Source of the DNA: Promethearchaeota archaeon
Lineage (GTDB): Archaea > Asgardarchaeota > Thorarchaeia > Thorarchaeales > Thorarchaeaceae
Length of the DNA stretch: 64,000 nucleotides
Assembly: GCA_048939765.1 (NCBI GenBank)
Contig: JBHLPF010000002.1
Span: forward strand, 1-64,000
Reading direction: 5' to 3'
Shown: positions 45,630-55,539 of the stretch, piece by piece
Layout of the letters: every line of letters starts with the position of its first letter
How positions within the stretch are numbered: position 1 is the stretch's first letter
The notes under the pieces: generated by a model
Told to the model about the DNA's origin: nothing
The model's database searches: none
The model's input: only the letters and a program-made list of their open reading frames with translations
Program-made: the position numbers and the translations under genes

Positions 45630-47135
45630 ATGCCTGTTGCTGCGATAGATGCTGGTACTACTGGCGTTCGATGTATGATTGTTGGAAGACAGGGAGAAGT
45701 CTTAGGCTTTGGAAGAAGGACATGGGGATATGAAACCCCTGAGTTTCTTGAGATAGCAAAAGAGTTCGATCCCCCTCACTTCTGGGATTTGATATGTACA
45801 GTGACCAAGGAGGCGGTGAAGGCCTCTGGACTGCCTTCTTCAAAGATTGAGAGCGTAGCCACAACGAGCCAGCGTCACGGAGTAGTATTTCTAGATGCTG
45901 ACGGAAAGGAGCTTTACGGTGGTCCAAATATAGATGCACGGGGCGCTATGTCTCAATATGTAGTCGAAGACGCACTAGGAAAGAAGTTCTTGGAGGTAAC
46001 TGGTTGCTGGCCTCCCATGATGTTTACTCCCGCAAGAATGGCCTGGTTTGAGGAAGAGGCGCCTGAGATTCGTCAGGCTGTGGCGCATGTTCTTCCCATC
46101 AACGACTGGATCACGTTTAGGCTCAGTGAAGGATATGTCACAGAGCCGGCCTCAGCCAGTGCCACGGGCTGTTACGATATCAAGGCTCAGAATTGGAGTC
46201 AAGAAATATTCTCAGCCTTAGGTATTGACAAATCCATTTTTCCCAGTCTGAGGGAGGCGGGTGACGTTGTTGGCAGTGTCACAGTCAATGCAGCCAAAGA
46301 CTCAGGACTTCCTGAGGGTCTGCCTGTCATCCAAGGGGGCACTGACACACATTGTGCTCTCCTTGCCGCGCAGGCTAATCCTGGTGAAATCACTGTCATT
46401 GCAGGCAGTACAACTCCTGTAATGCTCACATTGGACAATCACGTCTGCTCGTCTGAACAGACACTCTGGTCTTCCTGTCATATGGTTCCCGGTATGTGGA
46501 CACTAGAGAGTAACGCAATGCTCACAGGAGCATACATCGAATGGGTCATTGCTCTTTTGTGTGAGCTCTCCGAGGATCCTGTTAGATGCAGAGAGAAGAC
46601 GCTTGACAGTCTGCCCCAGCTCCTCAAGGATGTTCCCCCTGGAAGCAACGAGGCCTTTGCCGGCTTAGGGCCCCGAATCATGGACTCAACTAGAATGGCT
46701 GACATACCCATGGCTCGGCTTCATTTTCCACAGCCGGCATTGCCTCAGGTCAAACCCCTCGACTCAGCTAGTCTGATTCATGCAGTTCTTGAGAACATCG
46801 CATTTGCGGTGCGAGGCAACATAGAACAGTTGCAGGAGTATAGCGATCCGCCAGTTGTAAAAGCAATCGGCGGTATCTCAAGATCGGAGGTCTGGCGACA
46901 GATTCTTAGCAATGCCATAAGAAAGCCAGTGATGAATCCTAGGGAGTTCGAAGGCAGCCTCATTGGAGCCGCAATCTGCGCAGCGGTTGGAGTAGGCTGG
47001 TATCCTGATCTGAGGAAGGCCTCGGAAGCAATGGTGTCATGGCAACCGACACTGATACCTGATGAGCGAGCGTCTGAGTATGATTTCTATTACTCCCGCT
47101 GGAAGGAGATATGGTCTCTTGGAAGTGATGAATAG
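45630..47135 (+). CDS. FGGY carbohydrate kinase, LsrK-like subgroup
   Basis: IDAGTTG.R, EFD, TSQR.G.V..D..G.E....NIDAR, GG.D, GSTT, GG.SRS. Confidence 0.85.
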   Translation: MPVAAIDAGTTGVRCMIVGRQGEVLGFGRRTWGYETPEFLEIAKEFDPPHFWDLICTVTKEAVKASGLPSSKIESVATTSQRHGVVFLDADGKELYGGPNIDARGAMSQYVVEDALGKKFLEVTGCWPPMMFTPARMAWFEEEAPEIRQAVAHVLPINDWITFRLSEGYVTEPASASATGCYDIKAQNWSQEIFSALGIDKSIFPSLREAGDVVGSVTVNAAKDSGLPEGLPVIQGGTDTHCALLAAQANPGEITVIAGSTTPVMLTLDNHVCSSEQTLWSSCHMVPGMWTLESNAMLTGAYIEWVIALLCELSEDPVRCREKTLDSLPQLLKDVPPGSNEAFAGLGPRIMDSTRMADIPMARLHFPQPALPQVKPLDSASLIHAVLENIAFAVRGNIEQLQEYSDPPVVKAIGGISRSEVWRQILSNAIRKPVMNPREFEGSLIGAAICAAVGVGWYPDLRKASEAMVSWQPTLIPDERASEYDFYYSRWKEIWSLGSDE

Positions 47136-47773
47136 TGTATGAGAAAGTGAAAGAGGAACTTCTAGCAGCTTGTGGTGAGATGATCAAAGAGGACTTAGTC
47201 ATCATCTCAGCGGGCAACGCGAGCATCCGAGTGAGTGATGAGCATGCGGTAATCACACCAAGCTCAGTTCCTTACGCCAAGATGACATTGGATGATATTG
47301 TAGTAATCAATATGGAGGGGGATGTCATAGAGGCCGACCGGAATGCGAGTGTAGAGACCCCCACGCATCTTGAGATATACAAACAGCGAGATGACGCAAA
47401 CGCAGTCGTTCATTCTCACAGCGTGTATGCCACAGCTCTTGCTGTTCTCCACAAGCCTCTTCCTCCAATTCTGGATGAGGTGGTTCCAAAGCTGGGCGGC
47501 GAGATTCGCGTCACATCCTATGCGATGCCAGGGACAAAGGACTTGGCCAAGAATGTTGTTGAATCCATGGACCGAAGAAGTGCGGTTCTTATCGCCAATC
47601 ATGGTGCAGTGACTTGTGGAAACACTATCAGAAAGGCCCTTGACAATGCCATGCTTCTCGAGAGGACCTGCCGGATTTATCTGCTAGCGTTGAGAGCTGG
47701 TGAGCCTATTCCTCTTCCTGAGGATGTTGTTGAGGACGAGGAAGACCTTTGGGAAATCATGAGGGATTTCTAG
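47135..47773 (+). CDS. Class II aldolase (FucA-like)
   Basis: GNAS.R, ITPS, SVETPTH, VHSHS, NHG. Confidence 0.9.
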   Translation: MYEKVKEELLAACGEMIKEDLVIISAGNASIRVSDEHAVITPSSVPYAKMTLDDIVVINMEGDVIEADRNASVETPTHLEIYKQRDDANAVVHSHSVYATALAVLHKPLPPILDEVVPKLGGEIRVTSYAMPGTKDLAKNVVESMDRRSAVLIANHGAVTCGNTIRKALDNAMLLERTCRIYLLALRAGEPIPLPEDVVEDEEDLWEIMRDF

Positions 47774-47784
47774 GAGACTTGGAC

Positions 47785-49554
47785 ATGCATGGCTACATGG
47801 GTCAGATACTTGTAGTTGACCTTAACGAGAAGACAACATCTCAACTTCCTATTGATGAGGAAATCGCCTCAAAGTTCATTGGCGGGAGTGGCTATGCCAG
47901 CAAACTGCTTTTTGATTCGATGGGCCAATCTGTGGACCCTTTGGGACCTGACAACATGCTTCTGTTCATGACCGGTCCACTGACAGGTACTCTTGCCCCA
48001 AGCACAGGACGACTTGTGGTTTGTGGAAAGTCACCTCTAACTGGTATCTGGGGCGAGGCACATGTAGGAGGGCATTTCGGTGCGAATCTGAAGTTCTCTG
48101 GCTTTGATGGAATCCTCATCAAGGGAAAATCTGACGAACCTGTTGTTGTTCACATCAATGAAGGTGAAGCTGAGATTGCCCCAGCCGAAGAATTATGGGG
48201 CATGAAGACTGATGAAGTTCAAGAGAATCTGAGGAAGAAACTCGGACGCGTTCGTGTAGCCTGCATAGGCCCTGCGGGAGAGAACCTCGTCAAATTCGCA
48301 TCTATCATGACGGATGAGAGAGCCGCAGCCAGATGTGGACTGGGAGCCGTGATGGGCTCAAAGAAATTGAAGGCAATCACTGTAGCAGGCTCGAAGACAG
48401 TACAGGTGGCTGATTCTGAGGGATTCACAAGCCTAGCCAGAGAATCATCAAGGACTCTCGGTGAAGTCATGCATCATCTCCGTGACTCCGGCACTTCCAT
48501 GTATGTTGAAGTCGGGATGATGTTCAATGACATGCCTATCAAGTATTTTCAGGAAACTGAGTTTGACTATGATTCATTGACCTCAGCAGCAATGAAGGAG
48601 TTCCTGACTGGCAGAACAGCCTGTTATTCATGTCCTATTGCATGCGGGCGAGTGATTACCTTACCAGAGTACGGTCTTGAAAAGGTAGCAGGACCTGAGT
48701 ATCAGACAATCGCGGCATTTGGGTCCAATATGATGATTTCCGACCTGAAGAAGGTATCAGTCATCAACAATCTATGTAATCAATACGGAATTGACACCAT
48801 CAGCTGTGGCAGTACCATCGCATTTGCCTTTTATCTCTGTGAATTGGGCAAGCTGGACCTTGGTCTAAAATGGGGAGATGCGGACAAGGCAATCGAGCTT
48901 GTTCATGCGATTTCATCAAGGTCAGGCATCGGAGATGAGTTGGCCGAAGGCTCAGTACGGTTTGCGAAGAACCACGACGCATCCGAATTGGTCATCCATG
49001 TCAAGGGGCAAGAAGTGCCAAACCATGATCCAAGGGCGTTTGGAGGAATGGCCACAGTATATGCAACTGCCTCTCGCGGAGCAACTCACCTGGAGGGTGA
49101 TATGTACAGTGTCGACATGGGCGTGGATGTACGCGAGATTGGCATCGAATCCGGTGATCGTTTGGACAATGAGGGTAAGGGAAGTACAGCCGCAAGGGCA
49201 CAGGATTTCAGAGCCTTCTTCGACTCAATCATGATGTGCCATTTCGTGCAGGTGCCATTTGGAACGATTCTGGGTCTTGTGAGCAAAGCGACAGGATTGA
49301 CAATTACAAATGAGGACGTCCTATTGATAGGTTCACGGGCAGTCACAATGAAGCGTCTGTTCAACCTCAAGTGTGGACTCAAGCCAGAGGATGACCGCCT
49401 TCCAGCACCACTATTGAAGCCATTGCCGGATTATGCTACGGATGACTTTGTGCCTGATATGGAAATGCAACTAAGCGACTACTATGAGTACAGAGGATGG
49501 GATCGAGAATCTGGAGCACCTACTAAAGAGACCCTAGAGAGGTTGGGTCTCTAG
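47785..49554 (+). CDS. aor: Tungsten aldehyde:ferredoxin oxidoreductase family
   Basis: GY.G.IL.VDL, KSPLTG, IGPAGE, ARCGLGAVMGSKKLKA, CYSCPIAC, GPEY, G.DTIS, RG..H, DD.LP. Confidence 0.92.
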   Translation: MHGYMGQILVVDLNEKTTSQLPIDEEIASKFIGGSGYASKLLFDSMGQSVDPLGPDNMLLFMTGPLTGTLAPSTGRLVVCGKSPLTGIWGEAHVGGHFGANLKFSGFDGILIKGKSDEPVVVHINEGEAEIAPAEELWGMKTDEVQENLRKKLGRVRVACIGPAGENLVKFASIMTDERAAARCGLGAVMGSKKLKAITVAGSKTVQVADSEGFTSLARESSRTLGEVMHHLRDSGTSMYVEVGMMFNDMPIKYFQETEFDYDSLTSAAMKEFLTGRTACYSCPIACGRVITLPEYGLEKVAGPEYQTIAAFGSNMMISDLKKVSVINNLCNQYGIDTISCGSTIAFAFYLCELGKLDLGLKWGDADKAIELVHAISSRSGIGDELAEGSVRFAKNHDASELVIHVKGQEVPNHDPRAFGGMATVYATASRGATHLEGDMYSVDMGVDVREIGIESGDRLDNEGKGSTAARAQDFRAFFDSIMMCHFVQVPFGTILGLVSKATGLTITNEDVLLIGSRAVTMKRLFNLKCGLKPEDDRLPAPLLKPLPDYATDDFVPDMEMQLSDYYEYRGWDRESGAPTKETLERLGL

Positions 49555-49583
49555 AAACAGAATTATCTGATGGGTGGAAATAG

Positions 49584-50507
49584 TTGCAGGTAATGGATCT
49601 TTTGATGAACTTAGGCTCTTTCTACAGTTCGATTGTCATAGGTTATGCTATCGCCAAGATTTCGGGTCGGGGACAAGAGGTGAATAATCATCTGATAGCA
49701 CTCCTCGTGAACCTGCTAGTACCCATCCTATTCATCCAGTCCCTACTCACTTCCTCCCTGGAAACCCTGGTTGAACTTCCTATGGTCCTCTTGGCTGCAC
49801 TGATTGTTCATCTATCCGGCACGCTAATCATGTATATTCGGCTTAAAGGCAGCACAATCGAGAACAGGAGAAAAGGGGTTCTTCTGCTCTGCTCCACATT
49901 TCAAAATGCTCTGTTCATCCCTCTCCCATTGGCAATTCTATTCATTGGCGAACAGGCAGTACCCTTTGTTATCATGTTCTCGCTGACACAGATGCTTCTC
50001 TTGGTTAGCTTAGGATCGATGATTGGCTCGAGGTATAGTGAAACTGGCACTAATTGGAGGAGCATGGCAGAACAATGGCTGAAGTTTCCTCCATTCATCG
50101 CTGTCCTCTTCGCGATTGTGCTATTGCTTGTCGGAGTCACATTGCCATCGGAGGTCGTTTCTGTCCTCTCATTCAACGGAACCATCACAACCTACCTCTC
50201 GCTGGTCACTGTTGGACTTGGCATTGGCACACGATTCTCTAGGATTGATATGATAGGCGGTCTGGAAGTGGCAGCAGTCAGGCAATTGATAGTTCCCATC
50301 ATGATTGGTGTTCTGCTTTTCCTACTTGGCCTCTCGGATTTGGCGGCGAGAGTCGTTATCATTGAGGCGCTCATGCCACCTGCAGTGTTTACTGTAGTAT
50401 TCGCTGGGGGTCTTAAGCTAGACACAGAATCAGCCGCGACCGCGGTTACAATAGGGACTCTTCTACTTCTTCCGGTGGTGCCGATACTACCCTTCTTGCT
50501 TGGGTAG
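49584..50507 (+). CDS. AEC (auxin efflux carrier) family transporter
   Basis: About ten TM helices; FQN..F..LP, KFPP, MPPAV. Confidence 0.82.
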   Translation: MQVMDLLMNLGSFYSSIVIGYAIAKISGRGQEVNNHLIALLVNLLVPILFIQSLLTSSLETLVELPMVLLAALIVHLSGTLIMYIRLKGSTIENRRKGVLLLCSTFQNALFIPLPLAILFIGEQAVPFVIMFSLTQMLLLVSLGSMIGSRYSETGTNWRSMAEQWLKFPPFIAVLFAIVLLLVGVTLPSEVVSVLSFNGTITTYLSLVTVGLGIGTRFSRIDMIGGLEVAAVRQLIVPIMIGVLLFLLGLSDLAARVVIIEALMPPAVFTVVFAGGLKLDTESAATAVTIGTLLLLPVVPILPFLLG

Positions 50508-50559
50508 GTCTTTTACAGCCCCATCTCAACGCATATATCGAATCAAAATCGAGGTGATT

Positions 50560-50883
50560 ATGGTGTTGAGCCTGAAAGAGGACCGCAAAGACGCTGAGGA
50601 AATCAAGAGTTCTCTCGATGAGGTAGTTGGCAAACTCGAGCAGGATTCCGAGTCGAGTGAGAGCTGGGGTGAATCGGTTTCCACCCACCGTAATCGTTGG
50701 CAAGAGATCAAGGAGAAGATAAGAGAGCGTCAAAGCGAGCTAAAGCGACTTGTGATGGAGAAGAAGGCCGGAACCATTGGTCAAGATGAGTTCGATAGGA
50801 AGTATCGCAAGCTTCAGGATGAACTGACTGAGCTGGAGTTTCAGGTCTACAACATGCGACTAGGAACCTCCGTAGAATTCTAA
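50560..50883 (+). CDS. Small coiled-coil hypothetical protein
   Basis: GAGGTGA Shine-Dalgarno before ATG 50560; heptad-rich; G.I...EF....L motif. Confidence 0.6.
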   Translation: MVLSLKEDRKDAEEIKSSLDEVVGKLEQDSESSESWGESVSTHRNRWQEIKEKIRERQSELKRLVMEKKAGTIGQDEFDRKYRKLQDELTELEFQVYNMRLGTSVEF

Positions 50884-50918
50884 ATCTCCTCATCGACTTG
50901 CTCTATCACTTCAAGCAC

Positions 50919-52337
50919 TTATCTTTGAATCCTGGCCTCAGGAAGTGGCTTTTGATAGGTGAACCCCAATCTAAGGATGAGTGCACCCGCGGTAGACACT
51001 GTTCCACTCAGGACAAGCACGATAGGGATTCCAACTAGGGGGACCAACCAACCAAGTATTGCGGTCAGTGGAATTGAGGCAAATACAACCAGTGTAGGCA
51101 AGAGTGAGTATACGCCATTTCGGATTCGATTTGGAACCACGTCAATCAGCACGCGCATCCAGAGAATGGCTGCAATTGTGAAAAGGATACCACCTGAGAA
51201 CCAGATGACAAGAATGAGAAATACTGGAGTAGCGGACAGCAATGGTACATGCAATATTGATACATCTGTAAACGGTATGAGGATGCTCATCATCTCCGAA
51301 TCAACTGGCGGGGGAGGAAATGCCCACATTAGAATGGCAAAGAGCCAGAAGAATACCGCTCCTGTAGACTGAATGAATCTAAGGCGAGGTATCCATTTCT
51401 CAGGTTCAAATCTTTTTGCCCAGACACCTGATCGCTCCCAGAAGCCTGCAAATGCTATAATCACGACAGTCATTAGACTTGCAACCGCTACATCAGAACT
51501 CAAGTATTCGTAGAGAAAGGGATACATGATTAGCTCGCTCCATGTAAAACCGATGCTGAGGAACAACGTATTTCCGAGTACGATGTATTTGAGATATGGG
51601 CTGCTAACAATATGCCTGGCAGCTTGTTTTAGCAGAGATACATAATCCTCTGCAATCGTTTCCGATTCTCTGTGTTCCTGTATCATAGGAAGGTCTCTAA
51701 CGAGAAAAAACGATGCAAGTGCCAACAGGACGCATGCGACTGACTGTATCTGAAATACAAAGACTCGGGCAATTAGTACTGCGAAAATCGCTCCAGGTAG
51801 TATCACGAGAGCACGAGAAATTCTGAGCAGCATAGCAAGTTTACCAATGAACACGCCATATTGTGCCTTATTCTTGTCTTCAGGTACAGATAGAGAATAG
51901 TTGTTGTCAAACCATGAATTCATCGCCCCGCTTTCTTGCGACGCAGCGAATCCCATCAATATGTAAACAAGAAGATAGTGATCAAAATGTGAACTACTTG
52001 AGATTAATGACACAAAGTAAAATGCGATTGAGTACGTTAGAAATGCCGATGACAGAACCCATCGCTGCCCCACAAGATCTCCAATAGTGCCTGTGGGATA
52101 GTCAAAAAGAGTCTGCACGACTTTCTGCACAACAATTAGCAAGCTAGCTAGCGCCAAGCCGTCTATGTAGGATCCTTTCCCCAAAGCCTCAGCTACGAAA
52201 ATGAGGTAAAACGTTGTTGAAATGCTTATTGCAGCAGTCATTGATGTGGATAAGATGATGAATCTAGCTGCTAGCCTGACAACTTCTGGATTGTCATCCG
52301 GCAGGCCAAAGTAAGAGGTGATCCTACTCAAACGCAA
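50919..52337 (-). CDS. MFS-type transporter
   Basis: FDYPTG..GD..G.R, SGA...W, multiple TM helices, P...R...YS. Confidence 0.8.
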   Translation of the reverse strand: MRLSRITSYFGLPDDNPEVVRLAARFIILSTSMTAAISISTTFYLIFVAEALGKGSYIDGLALASLLIVVQKVVQTLFDYPTGTIGDLVGQRWVLSSAFLTYSIAFYFVSLISSSSHFDHYLLVYILMGFAASQESGAMNSWFDNNYSLSVPEDKNKAQYGVFIGKLAMLLRISRALVILPGAIFAVLIARVFVFQIQSVACVLLALASFFLVRDLPMIQEHRESETIAEDYVSLLKQAARHIVSSPYLKYIVLGNTLFLSIGFTWSELIMYPFLYEYLSSDVAVASLMTVVIIAFAGFWERSGVWAKRFEPEKWIPRLRFIQSTGAVFFWLFAILMWAFPPPPVDSEMMSILIPFTDVSILHVPLLSATPVFLILVIWFSGGILFTIAAILWMRVLIDVVPNRIRNGVYSLLPTLVVFASIPLTAILGWLVPLVGIPIVLVLSGTVSTAGALILRLGFTYQKPLPEARIQR

Positions 52338-52477
52338 GCCCCCTTCTCTCTAATGATAAGGTCCCGCCTAATATGTGAAACCAATTGCTTTTCTGACCTT
52401 GGAACAACCTTGAATCGGTCGGTATCTTTAAGTGTGACACACAGACATCTCGGACTCCAAGACCGGTGTGAGAAACA

Positions 52478-52882
52478 TTGAGTGACGAGATTCCCGAACG
52501 AAGCGAAATTATACGATCTACAATCATCACGATTATTCTTACAGTGGTACTATTGAGTGTGGGATTAGCACTATGGGCATGGTCTTCTCCAGAGGTCATC
52601 GAAACCGAATTGAGTCCTATTGACGTGCTCAACGACATTAATCCATTTCTTGCTCCTATCATTGAGATACTTGTCATGTCTGGCATGTTTCTCTTTCTCA
52701 CAATCACAGTGGTCAATATTCGTCTCTATCTGACTCAAATCCGAGCAGGATGGACGGAGCTGATTCTCCTTCTCATCGTAGTCTTTGTGATGACCTTCCT
52801 GATGTTCGAATCTGGTGTTGCAATAGTCACACTGTTGCTCTCATTGGCAATCGTTGTGTATCTATACATGTTGCAAGAGTGA
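52478..52882 (+). CDS. Four-TM hypothetical membrane protein
   Basis: Hydrophobic helices; TATA-like tttaag upstream. Confidence 0.6.
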   Translation: MSDEIPERSEIIRSTIITIILTVVLLSVGLALWAWSSPEVIETELSPIDVLNDINPFLAPIIEILVMSGMFLFLTITVVNIRLYLTQIRAGWTELILLLIVVFVMTFLMFESGVAIVTLLLSLAIVVYLYMLQE

Positions 52883-53072
52883 ATCTCTACATTCACACCA
52901 GAAGCTTTATGAGTCTAGGTCAACGAAGGCCATTTGAGCCTAGAATGCAGAAATGCCGAGGGCTGGGAAAATAAAGGAGTTTGACAGTATCTATTCGGAA
53001 TTGTCAGGCGTTGCCCACTATGAGGCTCTGGCTTCCGGATTGATACAGGTTGACTACTTGGAGGAAAGCACC

Positions 53073-53813
53073 GTGTTTGGTTTACCCGGACAAGGCTATG
53101 ATATGTCTACAAGCATTTTCAGTCCTGAAGGACGAATCTTCGCAGCGGAATATGCCAAGAAGGCAGTCGAACAAGGAGCCACGTCAATTGGAATCCTTGT
53201 TAATGAAGGGATTATCCTGCTCGCTGAGAAGAACATAAAGGAACTTCAAGAACCAGACAGCATTGAGAAGATCTCTAAGATTGATGATCACATTGGTGTG
53301 GCAACATCTGGTCTTATGGCTGATGCTCGAAAACTAATACAGGAAGCCCGAATCAAGGCTCAGTCATATTGGCTAACATACGAGGAGCCTATTCCTGGAG
53401 AAGTGCTAGCTGAGCACATCTGTGATGTGAAGGCTCAGTTCACTCAGGGAGGTGGAGCGAGACCCTACGGTGTTGCAATGATCATCGGTTCTATGGACCA
53501 TGATGATTCGCCAAGGCTCTTTGTGACGGATCCGGTGGGTACATACTGGGGATATTTGGCTGTAGTAATTGGTCGAGGAAGCGCAAGAGCTGGAGAGTAC
53601 TTAGAAGGCAAGTATGATCTTAGTAAGAAACAGACTCTTGATCAGGCCATACAACTTGCTCTCGAAGCACTTCGTCAAGCCACCGAAGCGGATCTCTCTG
53701 CTGACAATGTAGAAATCGCCAAGATTCCTGTCAGCACCCGGAAATTCGAGAAGCTCAGCAGATCTGATACGCAGGCCATCTTGGATCCCTCCAGTACAAA
53801 GGCGAATGAATAG
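53073..53813 (+). CDS. psmA: 20S proteasome alpha subunit
   Basis: GYD..T..FSPEGR, EYA.KAV, EKI..IDDH, SGL.ADAR, RPYGV; GTG start at 53073 after GGAGG. Confidence 0.95.
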   Translation: MFGLPGQGYDMSTSIFSPEGRIFAAEYAKKAVEQGATSIGILVNEGIILLAEKNIKELQEPDSIEKISKIDDHIGVATSGLMADARKLIQEARIKAQSYWLTYEEPIPGEVLAEHICDVKAQFTQGGGARPYGVAMIIGSMDHDDSPRLFVTDPVGTYWGYLAVVIGRGSARAGEYLEGKYDLSKKQTLDQAIQLALEALRQATEADLSADNVEIAKIPVSTRKFEKLSRSDTQAILDPSSTKANE

Positions 53814-53815
53814 GA

Positions 53816-54553
53816 GTGGACTGCCGCTTGATGGGTTCAGGGAAGAAATCCGGCGAAAAATGGCTTGAACTTGATGCTGTCGTCATTGGAATTCAAAAGG
53901 GCCACCTGCGATTTGAGATATTTGTTGATCCGGACCTGGCCTTTGAATTCAGACGAGGCGAAGACATCCCGATCGAGGAAATCTTGAAGAGTTATGACCT
54001 ATACGAAGATGCCAAGAGAGGAGAACGTGCATCTGATGAGCTTGCAGAAGAGGAGTTTGGGTCGTCTGATGTCTTTCAGATAGCGCCAATTATACTCAAG
54101 GATGGAGAGTTCAGACTCACCCATGAGCAGCGCAACCAGCTTGTAAAGGAGAAGACCGAAGCAATAATCGAGAGCATCTCTAAGCGGGCAATGAATCCGC
54201 AGACAGGGCATCCTCATCCGCCTGACAGAATTAGGCAGGCTATGGAGGAGGCAAAGGTCCATGTCGACCCCTTCATCAAGGTGGACGAACAAATCCCCGG
54301 AATTGTGAAAGCTCTCTTGGTGATTATCCCTATCTCATTTGAGAGTGTCAAGCTTCAGATCACTCTTCCAGCAGCCTTCTCAGGGAAGGGCTACAATCTA
54401 GTTGCAAATGCTGGACTAATCAAGTCCGAGGCGTGGGCACAGAACGGGGAATGGTCTGGCATGGTTGAAATCCCTGCATCAAAACGACAAGAACTCTATG
54501 ATGATCTGAACAAGCTCTGCAAAGGACAAGTAAGGATAGAGACCGTTCGATAG
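53816..54553 (+). CDS. Ribosome maturation factor SBDS/Sdo1
   Basis: FEI.VDP, DA.RG.RAS, NPQT..PHPP.RI..AM. Confidence 0.93.
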   Translation: MDCRLMGSGKKSGEKWLELDAVVIGIQKGHLRFEIFVDPDLAFEFRRGEDIPIEEILKSYDLYEDAKRGERASDELAEEEFGSSDVFQIAPIILKDGEFRLTHEQRNQLVKEKTEAIIESISKRAMNPQTGHPHPPDRIRQAMEEAKVHVDPFIKVDEQIPGIVKALLVIIPISFESVKLQITLPAAFSGKGYNLVANAGLIKSEAWAQNGEWSGMVEIPASKRQELYDDLNKLCKGQVRIETVR

Positions 54554-54597
54554 CGGTTGAGAATATTGATGATAACAATTTGAAATGAGGGAATACA

Positions 54598-55539
54598 TTG
54601 GCTGTATACTTTCAAAAACGAGAAGTAGTGGTCCCGGGGCAATTATTGGCCGAAGGCAGATATCGTGCCTCTTTTGGGACCTATGACGACGGAGATAAGA
54701 TATACTCCGCATTGGTAGGCCTCGCTGAGCTGCGGGGCAATACTGTAAAAGTGGTTGCACTTGAGGGGGTTTATATCCCTCGCGAGGGCGACCTGGTCCT
54801 CGGAACCATTACAATGGTGATGGGGAATAACTGGAAGGTGGACATCGGAGGGCCATACCTCGCATCTCTTCATGCAAATAATGCTCTACGACGGCCATAT
54901 GATGACGATATCAGCAGATACATGGACATAGGTGATGTTATTGCTGCTGAAGTAATTGCATTCGACAGGGTGACAGGACCTTTCCTCGGGATGAAAGGAA
55001 GAGGGCTCAGGCGTCTGGATTCCGGAATGATTCTTGAAATCCGCCCGGCAAAGATTCCTCGCGTGATTGGAAGACGGGGATCGATGATCAACATGATTCA
55101 GGACATACTCAAAATCCAGACTATGGTTGGTCAGAATGGCCGGATTTGGATTCGCACACCCAACACTGAGGTCATGCGTCTAGCAGTAAAGGCGTTCAAG
55201 ATGATTGAAGCCCAGGCACACACATCGAAGCTCACCGATCGTGTGAAGGCGATGCTTGAGGAGGAAATGGCCAATATTCGTGGTGATGAGCCTCTAGAGG
55301 ATATGCCCGATGAGTCGATGGAGATGGAGGATTCTGAGGAATCTGAAGGCTCTGGCGAACCTGTTGAAGAAATCAAAGAGGAGGACACGGCTGAAGGTGA
55401 GGAGCCAGTGGTGACTGAAGAGCCTCTTGAAAATGATGTTGCTGATGAGGCAATTGAAGACTCACCTGAAGATGTTAAAGAAGAAGAAACCGAGTCCGAA
55501 GAGAATGATAGTGAAACTACGGAGGAAGTGAGTGAATAA
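54598..55539 (+). CDS. rrp4: Exosome RNA-binding subunit Rrp4 with an acidic C-terminal tail
   Basis: VVPG, YIP..GD, P.KIPRVIG..GSM, GQNGRIW, AHT..LTD. Confidence 0.93.
   Translation: MAVYFQKREVVVPGQLLAEGRYRASFGTYDDGDKIYSALVGLAELRGNTVKVVALEGVYIPREGDLVLGTITMVMGNNWKVDIGGPYLASLHANNALRRPYDDDISRYMDIGDVIAAEVIAFDRVTGPFLGMKGRGLRRLDSGMILEIRPAKIPRVIGRRGSMINMIQDILKIQTMVGQNGRIWIRTPNTEVMRLAVKAFKMIEAQAHTSKLTDRVKAMLEEEMANIRGDEPLEDMPDESMEMEDSEESEGSGEPVEEIKEEDTAEGEEPVVTEEPLENDVADEAIEDSPEDVKEEETESEENDSETTEEVSE

Noticed and set aside
52953-53072. 40-aa N-terminal extension of proteasome alpha in the ORF track
   Set aside because: GGAGG followed by GTG at 53073 gives the normal N-terminus just before the GYD motif
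55270-55539. GAA/GAG/GAT-rich stretch as a tandem repeat or CRISPR-like array
   Set aside because: It is low-complexity coding sequence for the acidic Rrp4 tail with no fixed repeat-spacer period
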